A DNA stretch of 64,000 bases from the human T2T-CHM13v2.0 reference genome, Homo sapiens, in assembly GCF_009914755.1 (NCBI RefSeq), contig NC_060926.1; one strand, written 5' to 3'. Positions 45,072-63,249 of this stretch are shown here, piece by piece. The notes under the pieces were generated by a model that had not been told where the DNA came from, made no database searches, and worked only from the letters and a program-made list of their open reading frames with translations. How positions within the stretch are numbered: position 1 is the stretch's first letter; each line of letters begins with the position of its first letter. A program made the translations under genes and the position numbers.

Positions 45072-48000
45072 GAGAAGCAGCAAGATAGTGGGATAGAAAG
45101 GTCTACCAATCATCTCCCCCAGGAAGGACACCAATTTAACAACTATATACACACAAAAAGAACACCTTCATAAGAACAGAAAATTAGTTGAGCCCTCCTA
45201 GTATCTGTTTTAACTTCTTTCTCTGAAAGAGGCACTGAAGAGGTAGAAAAAAACAGTCTTGAAGCTGGATGCCACCCTTTCCCCATCCTTGGGCAGTGGC
45301 AACATGGTGCTGAGTGTCTCTGGCACTGGAGGAGGGAGAATACAGCAATTGTGAGTTATTGAACTCAGAGCATAAAGGAAAACTAGACCAAACTAAACTG
45401 GGGCCCACACACTAAGGGAGCATGTAAACCCTCCCTAGCCAGAGCAGAATCATAGATCCCAGCAGTCAGAACTTGAGTTCCCACAGACCTTGCCACCAAG
45501 GGCTAAAGTTCTCTTGGTCTCGAAGTAGACTTGAAAGGCAGTCTGGGTCATAAGGATTGCAACTCTTAGGTGAGTCCTAGGCCTGAAGTGGGCTCAGAGG
45601 CAGTGGACTTGGGGTCATGGGACCAACTGAGACACCAGCTCGGGTAGCTAAGAGAGTACTGACATCAACCCTTCCCTACTCTTGGACTGCACAGCTTGTG
45701 GTTCCAAAAAAGATCCCTTATTTCCACTTGATGAGAGCAGAGGAAAGAAAGTGTGAAGGACTTTGTCCTACATCTTGGATACAGCTCAGCCACAGAAGGA
45801 TAAGGCACTGGACGAAATTGTGAGACTCCCATTCTAGGACCCAGCTCCTGGACAACATTTCTAGACACACCCTGGGGTAGAAGGAAACCTGGCACCTTGA
45901 AAGGAAAGACCATTCCTGACAGCATTCATCACTTGCTAACTGAAGAGCCCTTGGGCCCCCACAAAACCAGCAGCAATGCCCAGGTACTATGCTGAGGGAC
46001 TTTGGTAAGCCTCTGAGATTTATTGGCTTCAGTTAAGACTCATCGCATTCCCAACTGTGGTGGCTATGGGGTGAAAATCCCTCTGCTTGACAAAAGCAGA
46101 GGATAAAGTAAAGGGGACTTTGTCTTGCACTTCAGGTACCAGCTCAGCCACAGAGAAGTAGATAACTAAGTGGGCTCTTGGGGTTCCCAGTTTCAGGTCA
46201 GGACTCACAGATGGCATTTGTGGATGTGCCTTGGACCAGAGGGGAACTCATTGACATAAAAGGTGAGTCCTAGGCTAGGCAGCATTCATAAGCTGAATTA
46301 AGAGCCCTTGGTCCTTAAGGAAGCATTGGCAGTAGTCTGGCAGTACTCCCTGTGGCCTGTGGTGGTGGTGGATATGGGGTGAGGCTGCTCTGCCTTTGCG
46401 GAAAGAAAAGAGTGAGAAGGATTGTGTCTTGTGGTGTGTGTGTCAGCTCAGCTGCAGTACAATAGAACACTAGGTAGATTTCTAAGGCTTTTGACTCCAG
46501 TCCTTGACTCCCAGATGGCACCTCTGCACCCAAATGAGGCCTGGGAGAAATCACCCCCTGAAGGGATGGACACAGGCCTGACTGGCTTTGCCACCTGCTG
46601 ACTGTAGAGCCCCAGGGTCTCGAGCAAACATAAGCCGTAGGCATGGAGTGGTTACAGCAGGTCTTGGGTGAGACCCAGTGTTATGCTAGCTTCAGGTCTG
46701 ACCCAGGAAAGGCATACTGGTGGTGACCACAGGGCTGCTGTGTCACTCCACCTTCAGCTTTAGGTGGCGCTGAACAGAGAGAGAGAAACTGTTTGAGAGA
46801 AAGTAAGGGAAGAGAACAAGAGTCTCTGCCTGGTAATCCAGATAATTCTCTTGGATCTTATCTAAGACCGTCAAGGAGGTACCTCTATGAGCCTGCAAGA
46901 ACCACAGTGTTACTGGGCTTGGGCACTCCCTAAAGCAGATACAGCTTAGATCTCAACACTAAAGTCCTTTCAAATACTGGAAAGCCTTCCTAAGAAAGCC
47001 AGGTATAAACAAGCCCAGATGTTGAAGACTATAATAAGTACCCACCTTTTCAATGCCCAGACACCAATGAGTATCCACAAGCATCAATACCATTGAGGAA
47101 AACGTGACTTCACCAAATGAAATAGGTAAGTTACCAGGGACCAATTCTGAAAAAAAACAGAGATATGTGACATTTCAGGCAGGGAATTCAAAATAGCTGT
47201 GTAGAGTAAACTCAAAGAAATTCAAGATAACACAGGAAAGGAATTCAAAATTCTATCAGATAAATTTAAATTTAACAAAGAGATTGAAATCATTAAACAA
47301 AATCAAGCAGAAATTTTGGAGCTGAAAAATGCAATTGACATACTAAAGAATATATCAAAGTATTTTAATAACGGAATTGATCAAGTAGAGAAAATAGTGA
47401 GCTTAAAGAAAGGCTATTTTAAAATACACAGTCAAAGAAAGCAAAGAAAAAAGATTTAAAAACAATTAAGCACACCTATGGGATCTAGAAAATAGCATCC
47501 AAAGGGCCAATGTAAGAACTATTGGCCTTAAAAAGAAGGTAAAGAAAGAGGTAGGGCTACAAAAATATTCAAAGGAATAATAATAGCAGTGAACTTCCCA
47601 AATCTAGAGAAAGATATCAGTATCCAAGTAAAAGAAGGTTATGAACACCAAGCAGATTTAATCCAAAGAAGACTACATTAAGTCACTTAATAATCAAACT
47701 TCCAAAGACAAAGGATAAAGAAAGGATTCTAAAAGCAGGAAGAGAAAAATCAAAAACAAAAATAAAAGCAAATAATTTACAATGGACCACCAACATGTCT
47801 GGCAGCAGATTTTCCAGTGGAAAACTTACAGGCCAGGATAAAGTGTCATAACATATTTAAAGTGCTGCAGTACAAAGAAACTTTTATGTTGGAATAGTGT
47901 AGCCAGTGAAAATATCCCTCAGATATGAAAGAGAAATAAAAAGCTTCCTAGACAAACAAAAGCTCAGGGGTTTCACCAACACCAGACCTATTCTGCAAGA

Positions 48001-49633
48001 AATGTGAAAGGGAGTACAACAATCAGAAAGAAAAGGATGTTAACTGAGCAATAAGTAATCATCTGAAGGTACAAAACTCACTGGTAATAGTCAGTACACA
48101 GAATTTTATAACATTGTAACTGTGGTGTGTAAACTACTCTTTTACTAAGTAGAAAAACTAAGCAATAAGCCAATCAAAAATAATAACTGCAATAATGTTT
48201 CATGGCATGGAGAGTACAAGAAGATATACATAGAAACAAAAAAAGAGTTAAAAAGAAGCAGAAGAACTATGTTAAGGCATAGAGTTTTTATAATTTTTTT
48301 GCTTGTTTGTTCATGCAAAAAGTCTTTAATTGTTATTAGCTTAAAATAATAGGGTATAAGATAGTATTTGCAAGCCTCATGGTAACCTCAAACCAAAAAA
48401 ACATACAATGGATTCAAAAACAATAATAAGCAAGAAAATAAATCATAATCACCAGATAAAATTACCTTCACTAATAATACAAAAAGGAAAGAAAACAGAA
48501 AGAGAAGACCACGAATGTCCAGAAAATAAATAACAAAATGGCAGGCGTAAGTCTGTACTTATCAGTAATAACATTGAATGTAAATGGACTAAATTCTCCA
48601 ATAAAAAGACAAAGAATGGCCAAATGAATGAATAAACAGGGCCCATTGATCGATTGCCTACAAAAACACAGATCATCAATAAAGACACACATAGACTGAA
48701 AATAAAGGGATGGAAAAAGATATTCCAAGTCCATAGAAACTGAAAAAGAGCAAGAGTAGTTATACACATATAAGACAAAATAGATTATAAGACAAAAACT
48801 ATAAGAAGAGACAAAGAAGGTCACTATATATTGATAAAGGGATCAATTCAGCAAAATGATATAACAATTTTAAATATATATATGCAACCAACACTGTAGC
48901 ACCTAGATATACAAAGCAAATATTATTAGAGGAAAAAGGAGAGATAAATGCCAATACAATAACAGCCGTAGATTTCAACAGCCTACTTTTAGAATTGGAC
49001 AATGTTTCTTTGGTGATTTCCTGGAAAATCTGTCCAATTCTAAAAGTAGGCTGTTGAAATCACTATAGACCAAAAGTATCTAATAGATATGTACAGAAGT
49101 TTTTATTCAAGAGCTGCAGAATACACATTCTTTTCCTCAGCATATATAAATCATTCTCAAGGATAGACCCTATGTTAAGTCACAAAACATGTCTTAAAAC
49201 ATTCAAAAACTGAAATAATATCAAGCATTTGTTTCTGACCACAATAGAATAAAACTAGAGATGAATAACATGAAGAATTTTGGAAAGTATACAAATACAT
49301 GGAAATTAGACAAAATACTCCTGAATGACCAATGTTTCAATGAACAACTTAAGAAAATTAAAAACAGTTCTTGAAACAAATGATAAGGCATTTAACAGTT
49401 AGACTTCCAGAGACCAAGGATTTTAAAAAAAAAAAAGATTTCTAAAAGCAGCAACAGGAACAAATACAATGGAGCTCCATACGATGGATACATACTGTAC
49501 AAAAAACTAGGGGTTACTGCAAAAGCAGTACTAAGAAGAAAGTTTACAGATAGCAGTGCCTAAAATAAAAAGGAAGAAAAACTTCAAATAAACAATGTAA
49601 TGATACATCTTAAATAAATAGAAAAGTGAGAGC
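45072..49633 (+). mobile_element. Old L1MA (L1MA2/3-like) LINE-1, 5' portion: 5'UTR, ORF1 and EN part of ORF2, all decayed
   Basis: 5' end gagaagcagcaagatagtgg; ~2-kb 5'UTR; ORF1-like sequence ~47050-48050; ORF2 start aaaatggcagg..ataacattgaatgtaaatggactaaat at ~48538; left TSD aaataacactcaca at 45058-45071. Confidence 0.8.
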
Positions 49634-54884
<5,251 letters not shown>

Positions 54885-55501
54885 TATAAAATGTGGTACA
54901 TACATACAATGGAGTACTATTCAGCCATAAAAAGATGAAATTCTGTCATTTAAAACAGCATGTATGGAAATGGAGATCATTATATTAAGTGAAATAAGTG
55001 AGACACAGTAAGATAAACATCACATGTTCTCCTTTATTTGTGGGATCTAAGAATCAAAACGATTGAACTCATGTATATAGAGAATAGAAGGATGGTTATC
55101 AGAAGCTGGGAAGGAGAGTGGTTGGGTGGATAGGGGACATGAGGATAATGAGTACAAAAGTAATGAAGATAAGACCTACTATTTGATAGTACAATAGGGT
55201 GACTATAGTCAATAATAACTTAATTGCACATTTTAAAATAACTTAAAAAGCATAAGTGGCTTGTTTATAATACAAAGGATAAATGCTTGAGCGGATGGAT
55301 ACCCCATTCTCCATGGCATAATTATAATTACTGCACGCCTGTATCAAAACATCTCATGTACCCCATAAACATATGCACCTACTATGTATCCACAAAAATT
55401 AAAAACCAAAAATTTATTAAAAAGCATGCCAATATCAAAACATCTCATGTACCCTATAAATATATATACTTACTATGTAGCCACAAAAAATAAAAAAAAT
55501 T
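54885..55501 (+). mobile_element. 3' end of the host L1MA element (ORF2 C-terminus plus 3'UTR, terminus duplicated)
   Basis: aaaatgtggtacatacatacaatggagtactattcagcc..tttgtgggatctaagaatcaaaac..gtatcaaaacatctcatgtacccc; right TSD aaaaagcactcaca at 55502-55515. Confidence 0.82.
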
Positions 55502-56644
55502 AAAAAGCACTCACAATATTTTGCCATTACATTATTTTTTTATTTCCAAAAATGTTTGATTGTTCTCTTTCACAGAAATTTGAGTGTGTCTTTTCTCCCT
55601 AAATTGACTTTTATTATGGCTTTCAATAAGTTTCAAAGAAAGCAGTTTGTTTCCATCTTTGATATCCTAATAAATCATGACTTATTAAGGTGTTGGAGGA
55701 GATTAGACTGTTTCTCAAAGAGATTATGTTTTTTTTTCCTCGATTAAAGATGTGTAAAAATGACTTCACTTACACTTGGTATAATATAATTTATCTTCAA
55801 GATGTCACATTGCATATGGACTTATTCAAATTTGTTTCTTTTAACAATATAGCATTGGATATGATCCTTTTTTGTACTAGAGGGATTTACAGTAGCACTT
55901 TCTACTTGCTTTGCACTTGTAAAGTATTAAAATTCATCTTTTACTGTGTAACTTATATATTTTATATGTTATTCCATAAAATTATTTTTGTATAAGAGAT
56001 ATAAAATAAAATCTGATCAAGTTTGAATTAAAGGTCATATAAAAATCCACTAATATTACAGATAGAGGCATGTGGTAGCTTGGAAACATTTTAAATTTTG
56101 GTACCAATTCTTAGAATTCGATATTATTCACAGCTTGTGATCCTGATATATACTTTTTTGATGAAAGCATTGGGTAAGGGACTGTGATCCTCCTGCCATG
56201 CTTCTCCTCCTGGTAACCCTCCAACAATACTGCTGCTCCAAGTGGTGTCTTGTTTTCCCTTAAAATGATTTTGGTATGGTGTTGAAGAGCAAGGGGACTT
56301 CTCTTGCTCCCTAAATTGACTTTTATTTATAAGGGTTAATTTTTCTTTGGATCGGGGGTCAGGAACTAAAACTTGGTAGATGAGAAGGAATGAAGAGAGC
56401 TGAGAAGAAAGCATCCTGATCTATGGAACCAGGACCAAAGAAGACAGTCTGTGTGCAGAACAGAAAAGCAAAGTGGTTAGAAAATAGCAATAATAGAGAA
56501 AGGTTGAAAATATGGAGGGTTTTGCAAGTCCTAATTTTATTAGATAGTTGGAAGGCTTTTTTTAAAGACTACCTTACTGGAGAGTTTCCTCATTTATAAG
56601 TTGAGAATTATGCTATTCTCTATTTCGCAAGTTACTATAGTAAT

Positions 56645-56892
56645 AGTTAATGGCTATATACTACTTGTGCCAGTTACTGTGTCAAAATGTGTTAACTTTC
56701 AAATATCTTTTAATATAGATACTATCACCTCCATTTTATAGATAACAATGTTGAAGCAGAGAAAGTTTAAGTAAATTATCCAAGTCATGCACTTTGGACA
56801 TGCATGCACTCTTTAAATGCATTTAACTAGAACAGAATTTAACTTAGGTGATAACTCCAGCCTCTGTGCTCTTAACCACACATACGCTACAC
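56645..56892 (-). mobile_element. MIR SINE
   Basis: tactatcacctccattttatagat..gcagagaaagtttaagtaaattatccaagtca..ctgtgctcttaacca. Confidence 0.7.
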
Positions 56893-59039
56893 TCTGTTAC
56901 AGGAATTAAATGAGATTATGTATGTGATGAAGGAACCTCAGTAACCTGATTTTATGTGTGTGTAGTCTGCTCTAAAATCAATGCCCTCCATTGCAAGTCT
57001 TAAATATTTTGAGCCCTGTACAATAATCTTTTTTAACCATGCTGTAAATGCTATGCCTTTGTTTTCCTTTCCCTGCCTCTATTATCTCTAGCATTTCAGA
57101 AATGTACACAAAGTTGCCTTTTCCCCAAGCTAAGCACCCCACTCTTTTTCTCCATCATTAATCCATAAAATAAAATAAAATAATAGGACATTTATAAATA
57201 TCCTTAGTTTCCTATCTGTTGGGATTAATAGTGTGTATCCCTACCTAACATAAGGTGAACCATTTCATAATCTAAGATCTTTTAAATAATTTTTATGACT
57301 AGATTTTCTTGATCAATCATATTTATGAACCTATTGTGCAATCATTTGCTTATTGAATGACATTACAAGAGTTTATAAAGAGTGAAAAAATGCATATCAA
57401 TTGACTTCGACAGTGGAATAGAAGGTACATCACGAGTTACAGTATGTCAAGAATGTATGCATCTTCAAATAATCTAAGAAGTTATAAATGTATGGTTGTG
57501 TGTTTACAAATAAGCTGCTAGAGCTTTTTTTTAAAAAAAAAAACTTTGAATCAGACTCTAAATTATCAACAAAGTGCAGTTATTAAAAAGTTTTATTTCT
57601 TTAGATCTATTTCTATGAAAATTAAGCACAGGAGAAACTAGAATATTTTTTCTTGTTTAAATTTTGTTCTCTATCAACTGTTTATTGCTAAGAGTGTTAG
57701 TGATTCAGAAGTGTCTTCAGTTTTTTGGAATATAAAATTATTTTCCCTTTTGCTGACATTGTTTTAAAAATGTGTCTTGGTATGATAGTAACTGGAGTTT
57801 CCGTCAAACAGGTTGAATTTAAATTTAAAGAAAAGATAGATTATGCAAGGGAGTAAGCCATCCTGCTCAAAAGAGACATGCCTAGGTACTTGGAAATCTA
57901 TGAAGTTTTGATGTTTTTTTTAAAAAAATAATATTTTTGCTTCCAATCTAGAATACATTGGAAAGAAGTTAATATTGTTACTTTGGCTCTAACCTAATTC
58001 CTGACTAAGACAAAAACACATGACCTGTTCTACTGCTGAAGTAATAAATCAAAATACCCATGCTTTTTGTAACAACTGCCTATCATTCTACCAGTTTACT
58101 GAATTACTCTGAATAAATCATTCATTTTACTTCATGTATATCTACAAACCATTTTACTTTCTGTAAATCTATAACTCCTGTCACTTATTTTTTGTCTCAA
58201 TGTATGTTGCATGATCCAACAATTCTTGCCAGTAGCCTGGGATTTATCCTGGCTTCATTGGTTTCTGCCTCTAAGCAACGGGACCCCAGTGTCTGCCTAT
58301 TTATAATATTGTACAATATACTACTAGTATTCAACTAAAGATCCTTATACTCCATGACAATTCCCAGAGTTCAGGCATTTAAATGAGGCCTTGTGACTAA
58401 TCCTTGCAAATAAAACGTAGAACTAATATATAACTTCCATGTTGAGGTTTTAACAGGGAATGGCCTTCTCCATTCTCCTTCTCTCCCTCTTTCTAATCCC
58501 CTGCTCATTGTCTCTTTCTTTTCTCAGCCCTTAATGAGGCTATGGGGTGGGAAGGACTCTGAGATGTTGGATTTACAATAAAGGAGTAACTGAGATTCCT
58601 GATTCATTTGGAGGAGAATATTGCAGTTGATTGTTACATAAAATGAGAAATAAATAGTATTTTCTTCTTGGATGTAACTCAGTAAGTCTTATTGAAGCTT
58701 TTGGAAAATTGAAAACACCTTCTTTGGTTGTGTCTTACAACTTTCAAAATATAATATTTTCATTTTTGTTTAGTTCTAAATATGATGTAATGTATGTCAT
58801 ATGTAATGTAAATATGATTTCTTATTTGACATGTACATAAATTATTTGAAATAGAACATTTTAGTTTTCAAATGTATTTTTAAAAATATATTTGTATTAT
58901 TCATTTCTAGTTAAATAGGACCGTGGCTTGATAATATGGTTTATGATACTGTGACTTTAGAAAATGTTCTGTGTGTTGAAAATAATTATATATTATTGTC
59001 TTGCTATTAGCAGAGTTCTAGATATCTATTTCTTTTTGT

Positions 59040-59417
59040 CAGTTTTGATATATTATACAGTGAGAACAAACAAATAATCCTAGTCATTTCTGACAGCAAA
59101 TGTTTATTTAGTGTTCATGTTCTACATGTCAAATACGTCTCTGCTCTGAGTGTTCTTCTTGCCAGCATCCAGGCGACAGGAGCAACCCCTAAGACACAAC
59201 ACTGCCATTCTTTTGAAAGAGTGAAGATGGCAATGTTGGAAGCATGCAAAGGCTCTTATTTTATGCCTAGATATTGCTGACTACATTTATTTTCACAATT
59301 CTTTGACCAAAGCAAAGCACATCACCAAGTCAGATGTCCACAGGGAAGAGAATTCTACTATCTACTCTTACAGGGAATAAGAGTAGATAATTGGGGAAAA
59401 TAATATAATCTACCAAA
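59040..59417 (-). mobile_element. Old MaLR LTR (MLT1K/L-like)
   Basis: cagcatccaggcgacaggagcaaccc; tttgaccaaagcaaagcacatcaccaagtcagatgtc; ends ataatctaccaaa. Confidence 0.55.
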
Positions 59418-59509
59418 ATCTTATAAAGAAAGCTTTTTATTTACATTTTCTATATCTAATACTGTTTTGTCCTTTTGATCAATAGATTTCTTTTTCTCTT
59501 CTTCTTTTT

Positions 59510-60735
59510 AATATTTTTAAAGTTTGTGTACATTTAAAGAGTACAGGGGCAGTTTTTTTACGTGGTTATATTGACTAGTGGTGAAGTTGTGCTTTAATGT
59601 GACTATCACCTGAATAGTATACACTATATCCAATAGGTAATTCCTCATCCCTTGCTCAACTCCCAACCCCTCACCCTTCTGAGTTTTCATTATGTATTTT
59701 TCCACATTCTATTTCCATGTGTACACATTATTTAGCTCCCACTTATAAGTGAGAACATGCGCTCACTTTGATTTTGTTTCTGAGTTGTTTCATTTAAGAT
59801 AAAGGCCTCCAGTTCCATCCATGCTGCTGCAAGAGACACAATTTCATTCTTTTCTATGACTTAATAGTAATCCATTGTGTGCGTGTATATATATATGTGT
59901 GTGTGTATATATATGTGTGTGTGTATATATATATGTGTGTATATATACATATATGTCACATTTCTTTATCCATTTATGGACACTTAGGTTCATTACGTAC
60001 ATTTGCTATTTATTTTCCTCTGGGTAGACATCAATGGATATCCAGTTATTCACTGATGAATACTAACATTGATTATATACATTTGCAACTGTGAATAATG
60101 CTGCAATAAACGGTCAAATATAGGTATATTTTTGATATAATCATTTATTTTCCTTTGGGTAGATACCCAGTAATCCCGTGGGATTGCTGGATTGAATCAT
60201 AACTCTAATCTTAGTTCTTTAAGAAATCTCCATACTGTTTTCCATGGAGGTTGTACTAATTTACATTATCATCAACAATGCATAAAAGTTTCCTTTTCTT
60301 CACAACATCCCCAACATCTGTTATTTTTTTGACTTTTTAATAATAGCCATTCTGACTGGTGTAAGGTAACTCCTTGTATTTTAATTTGCATTTCTCTGAT
60401 GATTAGTGATGTTTAACAGGTTTTTTTTTTCATATTTGCTGGGCACTCTCACATCTTTTGAAAAAAAAAAGTCTACTCATTTCCTTTGCTCATTTTTAAT
60501 GGCATTATTTATTTATTTATTTTGTTGAGTTCTTTGTAGGTTCTGGATCTTATTTCACTGCATAGTTTGCAAATATTTTCTTCCACTCTGAAGGTTGCCT
60601 GCTCACTCTGTTGATTATTTCTTTTTCTGTGTGAAAGCTTTTTACTATGATTGAGTCCCATTTGCCTACTTTTGTTTTTGTTGCTTTCTGCTTTTAAGGT
60701 CTCAGTCATGAAGTCTTTACCTAGACCCTAGTGCA
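59510..60735 (-). mobile_element. L1PB-type LINE-1 3' fragment with internal (TA/TG)n at ~59877-59955
   Basis: ttatttagctcccacttataagtgagaacatg; gcctccagttccatccatg; ttcctttgggtagatacccagta. Confidence 0.8.
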
Positions 60736-61014
60736 CAGAAGAGTATAGGGATGTTTTATAATAACCACTATATTTGTGAATATGACAATATGTTATATTG
60801 ATTCTATCATTTTTATTTATAATTCAGGACTATATTATTAGCTTTATTCCAGTTAATATTTGCTATATTTTCTAAGTAGAATTGTTTATTTTATCAGCAT
60901 AGAGACCCTATAACCTCTAGGTAAGCTTTTGGCCATAGATATCTTGGATAATAATATTAACTTGAAATAATATGAATAATGATAGCCAATGTTTTAAAAA
61001 TGTTGGTATTTACT

Positions 61015-61358
61015 TGGTTTCTTAGTTTAAGCTGCTACAATAAAAATGCGAGCGACTTGGTGGTTTAAACAATGAACATTTATTTCTCACAGTTCTGGAG
61101 GCTGGGATGTCCATGATCAAGGGCTGGCAGATCTGGTGACTCTTGAGGGTGTTCTTCCTTGCTTATAGGCAGCCACCTTCTCACTGTTTGCTCATGTCAG
61201 GGAGAAAGATCATCTCTATCCTATTTTGTACTGTAAGTGTACTAAAGACTCCAGCCTCAGGGCCTAATTACCTCCCAAAGGCCCCATTTCTAATACCTTT
61301 ATACTGGGGATTAAGCTTCAACATGTGAATTTTGTTAAAACGCTTCCAGTCCATAGCA
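61015..61358 (-). mobile_element. MaLR LTR, MLT1A/A0-like
   Basis: tttatttctcacagttctggaggctggga..tcaagg; cctaattacctcccaaaggcccca; ends cagtccatagca. Confidence 0.78.
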
Positions 61359-61426
61359 TTTGATATGCATTTTCCATCTCTTTAATTTCAATTTCAATGA
61401 ATGGCATTTAAAAGATAATGTCTTTT

Positions 61427-61500
61427 GCCAGCCATGCTGGTTCATGCCTGTAAGTCCAGCAATTTGGGAGGCTGAGGTGGGAGTATCACTTGAGGTTAGG
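61427..61500 (+). mobile_element. Alu left-monomer fragment (FLAM/AluJ-like)
   Basis: gccagccatgctggttcatgcctgtaagtccagcaatttgggaggctgaggtgggagtatcacttgagg. Confidence 0.7.
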
Positions 61501-61514
61501 CGTCATATGACCAG

Positions 61515-62830
61515 TATATACATTTGTAATAATCACATCAGGGTAAATGGAGTATTCACAACCTCAATCATTTATCTTTTTTTAATATTACAAACATCCC
61601 AATTATACTCTTTTGTTTATTTTTAAATGTAAAATAATTTATTGTTTACTGAAGTCACACTGTTGTGCTATCAAATGCTAGATCTTATTCATTCTATCTA
61701 ACTATATTCTTGTACCTATTACTATCTCCATTCTCCCCTGCCTCCAATACCCTTCTAGTATCTGTCTCTATTAGTTTAATTGTTTTAATTTTTAGCTACC
61801 ACAAATACATGAGAACACGTGAAGTTTGTCTTTCTGTGCTTGCCTTATTTCACTTAACATAATGTCCTCCAGTTTCACCCATGTTGCTGCAAATAAAATG
61901 ATCTTATGCTTTTGTGTGTGTGTGTATACGTATCACATTTTCATTTTTTTGGTGTGTATGTACCACATGTTCTTTATCCATTCATCTATTAGTGGACTCG
62001 TAGATTGCTTCTAAATCTTGGCTAGTGTGAATAGTGCTGCAATAAACGTAGGAGTGCAGATGTCCTTTGATATACTGATTTCCTTTCTTTTGCATTTATA
62101 TCTAGCAGTGAGATTGCTGGATCATACGGTAGCTCTATCTTTAGTTTTTTGAGGAACCTCTATACTGTTATCCATAGTAGCTGTACTAACTTATATTACA
62201 AGGTTTCATTTTTTTCTATATCCTTGCCAACATTTGTTATTATCTGTCTTTTGAATAAAAACCACTTAAACTGGAGTGAGATGATATCTCATTGTAGTTT
62301 TGATTTGCATTTCTCTGGTCAGCAATATTGAGCAACTTTTCATATACCCATTTGTCATTTGTATGCCTTCTTTTGAGAATTGTCTATTCAGGTCTTTTGC
62401 TCAATTTAAGTCAGATTATTAGATTTTTCCCTATTGAGCAATTTGAGCTCTTTTCATATTCTGGTTATTAATCTCTTGCCAGATGAATAGTGTGAAAATA
62501 CTTTTACCCATTTTGTTGTTGATTGTTTCCTATGCTGTGCAGAAACTTTTTAACTTGATATGACACGATTTGTCCATTCTTGCTTTGGTTGTCTGTGCTT
62601 GTGGGGTATTACTCAAGATGTCATTGCTCAGACCATTGTCCTGGAGAGTTTCGCTGATATTTTCTTTTATTAGTTTCATAGTTAGTTGAAGGTCTTATAT
62701 TTCATCATTTTATCTATTTGATTTGATTTTTGTATATGGTAACAGAGAGATGTCTAATTTCACTCTTCTGCATATGACTATCCAGTTTACCCGGCATCAT
62801 TTATTGAAGAGACAATGCTTTCCCCAATAC
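61515..62830 (-). mobile_element. L1MA-type LINE-1 3' fragment
   Basis: aataatcacatcagggtaaatggagtatt; gtgaatagtgctgcaataaac; tatccagtttacccggcatcatttattgaagaga. Confidence 0.8.
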
Positions 62831-63249
62831 TTCATTTTTAATAGTTGATTTTAATATATTTACATATTCTGTGATCACTTACTTATATGAATTATTTCTT
62901 TCACTTCTTTAAATTTAAAATTTGCTATGTTTTTCTCTGTTGAATTTAATTCTGTCTTCTCCCAATATTTATTGGTTGAATTTTTTTTCTTTTAAAAGCT
63001 TTTCATTTCTCTGACGTTTTGGAATTTCTACATTGTACTTCTGCACCTTCAATGACCATAAACTTTAAATAAACATGCACATAACTGTTATTTTCTTTAA
63101 AAAGTAAAAATTATTTGGTATCTGTGTTATCCAGCTAACTTAGATTAAAAACATTAGCACGCTAAAATTAAAGGTCTGGAAAATTTGTTATCTCAACAAA
63201 ATAACTTTTGGTTCCATTGAGTTTCACTATTCTTCTCTATTTTCTATTT

